DNA of 61,561 nt, counting the filler, from Hausera hauseri (Eukaryota): assembly GCA_046269625.1 (NCBI GenBank). It is 9 parts of 9 records of this genome, joined end to end, with 100 filler letters (N's around TTAATTAATTAA, not from the genome) between each part and the next. Parts side by side here need not be neighbours in the genome. Positions count along the whole stretch, not along the records: positions 10,116 to 15,695 come from JBJURY010226631.1; positions 15,796 to 35,681 come from JBJURY010088875.1; 7 more parts are not named here. One strand, given 5' to 3'. Positions 13,101 through 24,700 of this stretch are shown here, piece after piece. Below the pieces are notes generated by a model that saw only the letters and a list, made by a program, of their open reading frames with translations, made no database searches and was not told the DNA's origin. Made by a program: the position numbers and the translations under genes. Within the stretch, counting starts at the first letter, position 1. Every line of letters begins with the position of its first letter.

Positions 13101-14081
13101 GTGACGTTATGTGATATCATGAGTTTAATCACGTTACTTCGCGAGATCAATCACGTGACATCATGTGACCAATCTCGTAACATCACGTGATATCGTGGGT
13201 TCAATCACATGACATTACTGGACCAATCACGTGACATCAGGTGATCAATCACGTGACATTACGTGATATCATGAGTTTAATCACGTGACATCGCGAAATC
13301 AATCACGTGACATCACGTGATATCATGTGTTTATTCACGTGACTTCAAGAGATCAATCACGTGACTTTACGGGCCCAATCACGTGACGTCATATGATATC
13401 ATGAGTTTAGTAACGTGACATCTCGAGATCAATCACGTGATATTATGTGACCAATCACGTGACGTCACCTGATATTATGAGTTAGTCACTTGACATCGCG
13501 ATATCAATCACGTGACATCATGTGTCCAATCACGTGACATCACGTGATATAATGAGTTTATTCACGTGACATCGCGAGATCAATCACGTGACATCACTTT
13601 ATTTATTGAATTTAATCACCTGACATCGCGAGATCAATCACGTGACATCATGTAATATCATGAGTTTAATCCGGTGACATCGCTAGATCAATCACGTGTC
13701 ATGATATGATAACATTTGTTTGATCCCGTGACATCACGAGATCAATCACCTGACATCACGTAATATCATGAATTTATTCACGTGACTTCACGAGAGCAAT
13801 CACTTTACATCACGCGATAACATGAGGTTAATCACGTGACATCACGAGATCAATCACATGACGTTACGGGACCAATCACGTGACGTCATGTGATATCATG
13901 AGTTTAGTAACCTGACATCGCGAGATCAATCACGTGACATCATGTGACCAATCACGTGACATCACGTGATATCATTGTTTCAATCACGTGACTTTACGGG
14001 ACCAATCTCGTGACATCATGTGATATCATTAGTTTAATCACGTGACATCGCGAGTTCAATCACGTGACATCATGTGACCAA
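10116..14081. repeat. ~4-kb satellite of ATCACGTGAC-type decamers with a ~76-bp higher-order unit
   Basis: Typical unit atcacgtgacatcgcgagatca (22) + atcacgtgacatcatgtgacca (22) + atcacgtgacatcacgtgatatcatgagttta (32); 54-bp variants lack one 22-mer; the array runs off the left contig end. Confidence 0.97.
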
Positions 14082-14439
14082 ACTGAGAAGAACAGTTCTT
14101 ACACTTTCGATCATTGCCATAAAGCCAAATGTCATTGTCGGCATTACTATCAATATTATATTATTTTAATAAATACCAGAATAAAAACACGTATTAGAAG
14201 TTATTTTATTTTAAAATGGAGATACCTATGATAATGCTGTTTTCGCTTCCGTACAGTATTGTTAGTCAGCAATAAAATGGTGTATAAAACATTTACATAT
14301 TAATATTATTTTTCCGTGTATAATGCGTCAAGGTTGACGGAAAGACGTTTTCAATCAAAATACGTACGCGTTTTGCGTACAGCAAACGCATCTGGATGAG
14401 AAGTGACATATGGAAGTTTTGTTTAGGCATGTATACACT

Positions 14440-15695
14440 ACAAATATAGAAAAATTTTGAAAATATTGATTTTCAGGAAGCGTATGCTAGCATCTTTTTT
14501 ACTGAATTCCATTAAAATCTAATATATCTATAAATAGCAACAATGCACTCTGGCAGTATTGTTGGATTTCCAGAATTAGCCTCGAGAGCTACCTCTACGT
14601 TTTAGAGGGTTACCTTTTGGGCAGTTATTAACGTTCAAAATAAGGACACTTTGTGTTTCTTGTACTCCATTCTTGCAGTTATCAAGTACTCTTCTATCGA
14701 CCATAATAGATTTAGAGTTGGCAATTACATTCCTTACTTAGTGAGCTGACATATTTTTTGGATGATATGCCGACAAAAATATGCAATATAGCTCATTTGA
14801 GAGTCAGAATCTAGAGTTGCCAATTAACGTAATTCTGTTTCACGATGAGGATGATGTGGATTTTGATGAGGAAATTGCAAAAAAATCCATTCGTTGATAT
14901 TTTGTGTCGCAGCAAAAATCCGAATGATTCTGTAGTTAATTTTATAATATTGGAAAATAATGATAAGTTCCACTATGTTGCTGTCCCTAATCTGAACCGG
15001 CTGTTAAACGTACGGTCTAAAAGCCTAACAATTCAATGTATACATTGGTGTGAAAATATTTATATGGGTTTAGGTATGATATGGGATACTTTACGCATTT
15101 ACCCATGTGAAATTCTTCTGCCAAATACATGACTTTGTATAAAATGCCGGAAAATAAGTTTTTTGAGTTTGAGGACTGGGCCAAATGGCATTAAACACAC
15201 ATTAAGTAAATTTGCAACTTGGGAATTTAGTGTTATTCCGCAAACAACTGAAAAGTTCCTAACAATGCAAGAAATGATACGCTGCTCTGCAAAAATATCT
15301 TTATCTATTCGGTTTCTCGACTCGTTGCAGTTTCTACATGCTTCACTGAAGACTTTGGCTTCCAACTTAGATAGCTTTCCTTCTGATATTATTAAGGGAA
15401 AAGCTATTTTCCACATACTGCTGCAAAATCTTTCAGTGACTTGCAGTCTATTAAAGAGATAGCACCGAAATGGTGTGAGTGATACAGATAATGATGAAGT
15501 ACAAACGGCTTGGATCAAATACAGTTTTAACTCTCTTTGGATTATATGTTGGTATATATGAAGCTCGCCATATACTTGCTAGGCGATGTTTTTGAACGGT
15601 TTAGATAGGAAGTTAAGTTGCAGGATAATTTAGAGGCTGTTAATTTCCTTTCTATTCCCGGTTTATCTTTGGCAACTGCATTAAAACCGAGCCCG
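14440..15695 (+). pseudogene. Polinton/Maverick (adintovirus-like) protein-primed DNA polymerase B region, decayed
   Basis: 'AVINVQNKDTLCFLYSILA', 'FHYVAVPNLNRLL', 'VIPQTTEKFLT..IRFLDSLQFLHASLKTLASNL' and 'DYMLVYMKLAIYLLGDVFERFR..NFLSIPGLSLATALK' are colinear with known Polinton pPolB motifs; many stops and frameshifts. Confidence 0.85.
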
Positions 15696-15795
15696 NNNNN
15701 NNNNNNNNNNNNNNNNNNNNNNNNNNNNNNNNNNNNNNNTTAATTAATTAANNNNNNNNNNNNNNNNNNNNNNNNNNNNNNNNNNNNNNNNNNNN
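15696..15795. other. Artificial contig linker
   Basis: N44-TTAATTAATTAA-N44. Confidence 0.99.
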
Positions 15796-15796
15796 G

Positions 15797-18700
15797 ACGG
15801 TGGTGCAGGTAGCGGCGACCTGGTATGCCACGGTGCAGGCTTTGAGCGTTTTGTCGAAAACGGTGTATCAGGTGTATCAGGCAACCGGGGTGTCGTATGC
15901 CACGTTGATACAGACGATGGCGGCGATGAACGCGGGGGCGGATATTTTGCACCGCGCGGTGCGGTATATACTTACCGAGCACCCGGAAATTGCACAGGGC
16001 AATTTGTGGGACAAGCCCGGCGTTTTTGGGCCTGTGACGCTGGATGTGGTACAGGCGTCGCCGGATATACCGAGTTTGATCACTGTTGAGCCGATATCCA
16101 GGTCTGCCAGCTCGCTATCCGATGCCAGCTCGCTACCCGATGACAGCTCGACACCCAAGACTATGGTGGAGCCGGTTCCACCGGTTCCACCAGCGAAGCC
16201 CAGCGGTGGCACAGTGGCCAAGCCCAACCCCTATGAGCTCGACCCTGTGGTAGCGAAGATGTTGGCGATGAAAAAGGCAAAGATACTACTGAATTCCGGT
16301 GCACTTGACCAAGACACGCGCAGCTTGCTGGAACAGTTTATCCAGGATGTGACGACGCTCAAGAAAGCGGAGCGTGGCATCATAACGGGCGCTCAGGATG
16401 CCATGAAGCTTGAGGATGCCATGAAGCTGCTGGAGAAGATACACGAGAACCTGGGCAAGTTGGAGGCGCATCCCAGGATCATCTCGATATCGCTTGCCGA
16501 CGTGGTGGATCCCTTGGCCATCAACGTGCTGAAGGCATTGATGACGGGTGATAGCGACCTTGCTCGGATACCCCAGCCACTCATTACTAGTCCGGCTGAG
16601 CCCGATGCAGATGCAAACCGGTGGAAGTCTGTGGTACAGAATGCACAGGAGGCGGCGGCAGAGTTTTCTGCGCGGGCCAAAAGTGAGAATAACCGCGTGC
16701 GCTTTCTGGATGAGGTGATTAAGCTGCGCGACATGGCAAAAGAGTCTCTGGCAGAAGCGGAAGCCAAAGGATGGATCACGCCTGGAGTAGCAAAGGAGCA
16801 ACTGGACAAGGTGAATAAGGCAGTTGACCAGGCATTGCTCGATAACCGCGACCGGATACTGGATGCTGAACTGAGTAAGCTGGTGGGCAAGAGTGTGCCA
16901 CTGAATGATGCTGCAAAAAATGACCCCCCGGTCAAGACACTGCGGAAAATTTTGCAAAAAGAGGGGCTGACGCCAGAGGGGAAAGCCGCGACTGCAAAAT
17001 TGCTGGATCAGGTGACCGAGATAGACAAAATGCAGCTCAAGGTACGAGCCGGGGAACGGTTGGACATGGACCCGTATTATTCGGATGGCCTGGTGTTGTT
17101 CGATGCCCTGCTCAAGATGGGCGAGCTGGCCAAAGATATGCGCTCCAACGGTGTATCGATGGACGGTATAGACCGAGGCTTGCAGGATTGGGCCAAAGCC
17201 GTGCTGGGTGATTGGGTTGACGCCAGGCAGAAGAGTATTGATATTCATCTGGAACCATATGCTGAGATGGTGCGTCAATTTAAGGCTGGTGCTGTGCCTA
17301 AAGTTGCCCCTGCTGTAATCGAGGCTGCGAAGCAGAAGATTTTGGACGCACTCAATGCCTTGGCGGACAGGGTGAAAGACCATTCTATGACGTGGATTGG
17401 CGCATTAGGAACTGAAATAGCTGCGGTTCATCAGGCAGTGAAAGATGCTACCCAGGCTGGAATCGCGTTGCCCAAAATGATAGATCAGGCCAATGCCATG
17501 CTGGGTAAAGTGCAGGAGGTGCTGTCTGACCGTCAGAATCAGAAATTAGCGAATGATCTGACCCAGTTGGCTGATCTCCGGGAACAAGCCAGGCAGGCGG
17601 CTAAGGATGCTTCCGTACCTGATCTGGACGGCCTTCTGAATCGGTTTACCCGGGATGTGACATTACTCAAGAAAGAGCAGTCTGGCCTCATTAAGGGCGA
17701 CCAGAATGCCATGGTGTATGGGGAGGCCAGGCCTCTGCTGGAGCGGATATACGAGAATCTGGGCAAGTTAGAGGCTCATCCCGAGATCAAGATACCGTTT
17801 GCCAATGAGGTGGGTTCTGTAGCTGCCGAGGTGCTGAGAATGATGACAGTGGGTAGTAGCGACCCTGGTCGGGTGGCTCAGGCAATAATTGGAAATCCGG
17901 TAGTGCCCGATGATGCTGATAAAGGCCGATGGAAGCTTGCGGTGGATGATGCACGGGAGATGGCGAAAGAGCTTTTTGCACACCGCACGGATGCGGGGGG
18001 CTACGACAGTCGCTTTCCGGAGGACGTAGTTACCGCACGCAACAATGCACAAGTCTCTATGGCAAAAGCGGAAGCCGAGGGCTGGATCACGCGTGACGAG
18101 GCAATGGAGAAACTGAACCAGATGAATAAGGAAGTTGACCAGGCATTGGCCAAGGACAGGTTTCTAACACTGCATGATGCACTGGACGACCTGATAGGCA
18201 AGATTGTGCCACTGAATGACATTGCAAAAAATGACCCCTTGGTCAAGATATTGCAGGAAATTTTGCGAGACTGGAGGCTGACGCGAGAGGGGGCAGACGC
18301 GACTGAAAAAATGCTGTCTCAGGTGATCGAGATAGACGAAATACGGCTCAAACTACAAACCGGGCACATGGACCCGGATAGCGATGCCCTGGACGATGCC
18401 CTGGACGATGCCCTGGACAAGATGGTCGAGCTGGCCAAAGATATGCGCTCCAGCGGTGTACCGATGGACGGTATAGACCATGGCCTGCCGGATTGGGCCA
18501 AAGCCGTGCTGGGTGATTGGGGTGACGCCAAGCAGCAGAGTATGGATATTTATCCGGAACTCTATGATGAGATGGTGCGTAAATTTGAGGCTGGTGCTGT
18601 GTCTAAAGTTAACCCTGCTGTAATTAAGGCTGCGGAGCAGAAGCTTTTGGACGCAGTCGATGCCTTGGCGGGCAAGATAGCAGACCCTTCTATTATGTGG

Positions 18701-21700
18701 GCTGGCGCATTAAAACCTGAAATAGTTGCGGTCCATCAGGCAGTGCAAGATGCTACCCAGGATAGAATCGGGTTGCCCATGGAAATGATGGATCAGGCCA
18801 ATGCCATACTGGGTAGAGTGCATGCGGTGCTGACGCACCGTCAGAATAAGGCTATAGCTAATGATATGACCTGGTTGGATAATCTCCGGGAACAAGCCAG
18901 GCATGCGGCTCAGGACGTTTCCATATCTGAATCTGATCTGAACAGCCTTCTGAATCGGTTTACCCGGGATGTGACATTACTCAAGAAAGCGCAGCTTGGC
19001 ATCATGAAAGACGACCCGAACCCAATGGGGTATGGGGAGGCCAGGATTCTGCTGGAGCGGATATACGAGAATCTGGGCAAGTTAGAGGCTCATCCCGAGA
19101 TCAAGATACCGCTTGCCAATGAGGTGGGTTCTGTAGCTGTCGACATGCTGAGAGTGATGACATGGGGTTATAACGACCCTGGTCGGGTGGCTCAGAAAGT
19201 AATTGGAAATCCGGTAGTGCCCGATGATGCAGATAAAAACCGATGGAAGCTTGCGGTGGATGATGCACGGGAGATGTCGGAAGAGCTTGCTGCACACCGC
19301 AGGGATGCGGCGGGCTACAACGAGCGCTTTCCGGAGGACGTAGTGAACGTCCGCAACAAGGCAGAAGTCTCTCTGGCAGAAGCGGAAGCCGCGGGCTGGA
19401 TCACGCATGACGACGCAATGGTGAAACTGGACCAGGTGAACAGAGCGGTTGACCAGGCACTGGCCAAGGACAAGGCTCTAACACTGCGTGATGCAGTGGA
19501 CGACCTGATGGACAGGATTGTGCCACTGAATGATGCTGTAAAAAATGACCCCTTGGTCAAGACACTGCAGGAAATTTTGCAAGACGAGAGGCTGACACTG
19601 GCTGGGGCAGACGCGACTAAAAAAATGCTGACTCAGGTGATCAAGATAGACAAAATGCGGCTCAAGCTACAAGCCGGGCAAATGGACCCGTATACGGATG
19701 GCCTGGTGTTGGGCGATGCCCTGGAAAAGATGATCGATCTGGCCAAAGAAATGCGCTCCAGCGGTGTACCGATGGACGGTATAGAGCAGGGCCTGCCGGA
19801 TTGGGCCGAAGCCGTGCTGGGTGATTGGGCTGACGCCAGGCAGAAGGGTATGGATATTCAGCCGGAACCCTATGCTGATATGGTGCGTCAATTTGAGGCT
19901 GGTACTGTGTCTAAAGTTGACCCTGCTGTAATTAAGGCTGCGGAGCAGAAGCTTTTGGGCGCAGTCAATGCCTTGGCGGACAAGGTAGCAGACCCTTCTA
20001 TTATGTGGGTTGTCGAATTAAAACCTGAAATAGCTGCGGTTCATCAGGCAGTGAAAGATGCTACCCGGAGTGGAATCGCGTTGTCCAAGGAAGTGACAGA
20101 TCAGGCCAATGCCATACTGGGTGAAATGCAGGATGTGCTGGTGGAGCGGCAGAAGCAGGATTTAGCTAATGATCTGGCCTGGTTGGATAATCGCCTGGAA
20201 CAAGCCAGGCATGCGGCTCAGACCGCTCCCATATCTGAATCTGATCTGCGCGGCTTGCTGAATCAGTTTAACCGGGATGTGACATTACTCAAGAAAGAGC
20301 AGCCTGGCATCATGAAGCGCGACCTGGATGCCATGGAGTATAAGGATGTCATGCCTCTGCTGAAGCGGATATACGAGAATATGGGCACGTTACAGGCGCA
20401 TTTCAAGATCAAGACATCGCTTGCCAAAGAGGTGAGTTCTTTAGCTGCCAACGTGCTGGAAGTGATGACAGTGGGTTATAACGACCCTGGTCGGGTGGTT
20501 CAGAAAGTAATTGGAAATCCGGTAGTGCCCAATGATGCAGATGAAAACCGATGGAAGGGGGCGATGAAGGATGCACTGGAGATGGCGGACGAGCTTTTTG
20601 CACACCGCAGGGATGCGGCGGGCTACGACAGGCGCTTTCTGGAGGACGTAATAAACGCACGCAATAAGGCAGCAGTCTCTCTGGCAGAAGCGGGAGCCGA
20701 GGGCTGGATCACGCATGAAGAAGCAAAGGAGAAACTGGACCAGGTGAAGAAAGCGGTTAGCCAGGCACTGGCCCAGGACAAGGCTCTAGGACTGCGTGAT
20801 GAACTGGACAGGCTGATGGGTCAATTTTTGTTGCAGGCTGATTCCGTGGATCAGGGGAGTGATAGTCGTAGTACGACAGGGAGTGATACGAGTTTGAGGT
20901 TGACTGATGTGAGTTTGCTGTCGAGTGATGTGAGTACGGGCAAGGATGTGTCGCTGAAGGGGGCTGCAAAAAATGACCCCCTGGTCAAGGGGATACAGGC
21001 AATTCTGGAAAAAGGGTGGCTGACGCCAGAGGGGAAAGCCGCGGCTGCAAAATTGCTGACTCAGGTGACCGAGATAGACGAGATGCGGCTCAAGCTACAA
21101 ACCGGGAAAATGGACCCGTATACGGGTGGCCAGGTGTTGAACGATGCCCTGCTCCATGCGGCCGAGCTGGTCCACGATATGCGCTCCAACGGCGTGCTGA
21201 TGGACGGTATAAAACAGGGCTTGTGGGATTTGGCCGAAGCCGTGCTGGGTGATTGGGTTGACGCCAGGCAGAAGGGTATGGATATTCATCCGGAATCCTA
21301 TGCTGAGATGGTGCGTAAATTTAAGGATGGTGCTGTGCCTAAAGTTGACCCTGCTGTAATCGAGGATGCGAAGCAGAAGGTTTTGGGCGCAGTCGATGCC
21401 TTGGCGGGCAAGATAAAAAACCCTTTTATTACGGGGCTTGACGCATTAGAACCTGAAATAGTTGCGGTTTATCAGGCAGTGAAAGATGCTACCCAGAGTG
21501 GAATCGCGTTGCCCAAGGAAGTGACAGATCAGGCCAATGCCATACTGGGTGAAGTGCAGGATGTGCTGGAGGAGCGTCAGTATCAGGATTTAGTTCATGA
21601 TCTGGGCCAGTTGGCTAATCGCCGGGAACAAGCCAGGCAGGCGGCTAAGGGCGCTTCCATATCTGAATCTGATCTGGACAGCCTTCTGAATCAGTTTAAC

Positions 21701-24700
21701 CGGGATGTGGATGCGCTCAAGAAAGAGCGGCCTGGCATCATGAAAGGCGACCAGAATGCCATGGGGCATGAGGATGTCATGTCTCTGCTGAAGCAGATAT
21801 ACGAGAATATGGGCACGTTACAGGCGCATTCCAAGATCGAGACATTGCTTGTCGATGATGTGAATTCTTTGACTGCCGACGTGCTGAGAGAGATGCTGGT
21901 GGGTGATAACAACCCTGGTCGGGTGGTTCAGAAAGTAATTGGAAACCCGGTAGTGCCCGATGATGCTGATAAAGACCGATGGAAGATTGCGGTGGATGAT
22001 GCACGGGAGATGGCGAAAGAGCTTTTTGCACACCGCAAGGATGCGGCGGGCTACAACAGGCGTGCTCCGGAGGACGTAGTTACCGCACTCAACAAGGTAG
22101 CAGTCTCTCTGGCAGAAGCGGAAGCCGAGGGCTGGATCACGCATGACGACGCAATGGAGGTCCTGAAACAGATGAAGAAAGCGGTTGACCAGGCACTGGC
22201 CAATGACAAGGCTCTAACACTGCGTGATGAACTGGATAAGCTGATGGGTCAAATGTCGTTGCTGGCTGATTCCGTGGATCAGGGGAGTGATAGTCGTAGT
22301 ACGGCATGGAGTGATACGAGTTCAAGGTTGGGTGATGTGAGTACGGGCAAGTATGTGTCGCTGAATGGGGCTGCAAAAAATGCCCTCCTGGTCAAGACAC
22401 TGCAGAAAATTCTGGAAACAGAGGGGCTGACGTCAGCGGGGAAAGCCGCGACTGAAAAATTGCTGACTCAGGTGATCGAGATAGGCAAGATGCCGCTCAA
22501 GCTACAAACCGGGCAAATGGACCCGTATACGGATGGCCAGGTGTTTGGCGATGCCCTGACCAAGATGGGCGAGCTGGTCAAAGATATGCGCTCCAACGGC
22601 GTACCGATGGACGATATAGAGCATGTCTTGCCGGATTGGGCCAAAGCCGTGCTGGGTGATTGGGGTGACGCCCGGCAGAAGAGTATGGATATTCAGACGG
22701 AATCCTATGCTGATATGGTGCGTAAATTTGAGGCTGGTGATGTGCCTAAAGTTGACCCTGCTGTAATTAAGGATGCGGAGCAGAAGTTTTGGGGCGCAGT
22801 CAAGGCCTTTGCGGACAAGGTAACAGACTCTTCTATTAAGTGGATTGGTGGCGCATTAAAACATGAAATAGCTGCGGTTCAGCAGGCAGTGGAAGATGCT
22901 ACCCAGGGTAGAATCGTGTTGCCCAAGGGAATGATGAAGAGGGCCAATGACATACTGGATAAAGCGCAGAATGTGCTGACGTACCGTCAGAGTCAGGATT
23001 TAGAGCGTGATCTGGACCAGTTGGCTAATCGCCGGGAACAAGCTAAGCAGGCGGCTCAGACCGCTCCCATATCTGACTCTGATCTGAACGACTTTCTGGA
23101 TCAGTTTAACCGGGATGTGACATTACTCAAGAAAGCGCAGCCTGGCATCATGAAAGGCGACTCGGATGCCATGAAGTATAAGGATGTCATGTCTCTGCTG
23201 GAGCAGATATACGAGAATATGGGCAAGTTACAGGCGCATTCCAAGGTCAATATATTGCGTGCCAATGAGGTGAATTCTTTGGCTGACGACGTGCTGAGAG
23301 TGATGACAGTGGATTATAACGACCCTGGCCGGGTGGCTCAGAAAGTAATTGGAAATCCGGTAGTGCCCGATGATGCAGATAAAAACCGATGGAATGTTGC
23401 GGTGAAGGATGTAATGGATATGGCGAAAGATCTTTCTGCACACCGCAAGGATACGGCGGGCTACGACAAGATCATTCAGGAGGACTTAACTAACGCACGC
23501 AACAAGGCAACAGCCTCTCTGGCACAAGCGGAAGCCGAGGGCTGGATCTCGCATGACGAAGCAATGGAGGTCCTGAAACAGATGAAGAAAGCGGTTGACC
23601 AGGCACTGGCCAATGACAAGGCTCTAACACTGCGTGATGAACTGGATAAGCTGATGGGTGAAATGTCGTTTCTGGCTGATTCCGTGGATCAGGGGAGTGA
23701 TAGTCGTAGTACGGCATGGAGTGATACGAGTTCGAGGTTGACTGAAGTGAGTTCGAGGTTGAGTGATACGAGTTCGAGGTTGACTGAAGTGAGTTCGATG
23801 TTGAGTGATACGAGTTCGAGGTGGAGTGGTGTGAGTAAGGGCAAGTATGTGTCGCTGAATGGTGCTGCAAAAAATGACACCCTGGTCGAGACACTGCAGA
23901 AAATTTTGCAAGACGGGGAGCTTCCGTTAGAGGGGAAAGCCGCGACTGAAAAATTGCTGACTCAGGTGACCGATAGAGACGAGATACGGCGCATGCTACA
24001 AGCGGGGAAAGCCGCGACTGAAAAATTTATTGCTCAGGTGACCGAGATAGACGAGATGCGGCGCAAGCTACAAGCCGGGAAAATGGACCTGTATACGGAT
24101 AACGATGTGTTGAACAATGCCCTGCTCCATGTGGTCGATCTGGCCAAAGATATGCGCTCCAACGGCGTACAGATGGACGATATAGAGCGGGGCTTGTGGG
24201 ATTGGGCTAAAGCCGTGCTGGTTGATTGGGTTGACGCCAGGCAGAAGAGTGTGGATATTCATCCGGAACCCTATACTGATATGGTGAGTAAATTTAAGGC
24301 TGGTGCTGTGCCTAAAGTTGACCCTGCTGTAATTAAGGATGCGGAGCAGAAGGTTTTGGGCGCAGTCGATGCCTTGGCGGACAAGATAAAAAACCCTTTT
24401 CTTACGGGGTTTGGCGCATTACAACCTGAAATAGCTGCGGTTTATCAGGCAGTGGAAGATGCTACCCAGAGTGGAATCGCGTTGCCCAAGGAAGTGACAG
24501 ATCAGGCCAATGCCATACTGGGTAAAGTGCAGGAGGTGCTGACGTACCGTCAGAATCTGGGTGTAGATGATGATCTGGACCAGTTGGCTAATCGCCGGGA
24601 ACAAGCCATGCAGGCGGCTCAGGGCGCTTCCATATCTGAATCTGATCTGGACGACTTTCTGAATCAGCTTGACCGGGATGTGACATTACTCAAGAAAGCG

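Noticed and set aside
10116-14081. Satellite as a CRISPR array or coding region (ORF 11961-12152)
   Set aside because: There are no unique spacers and no cas genes; the sequence between repeats is itself repeated, and the ORF is a chance product of the repeat.
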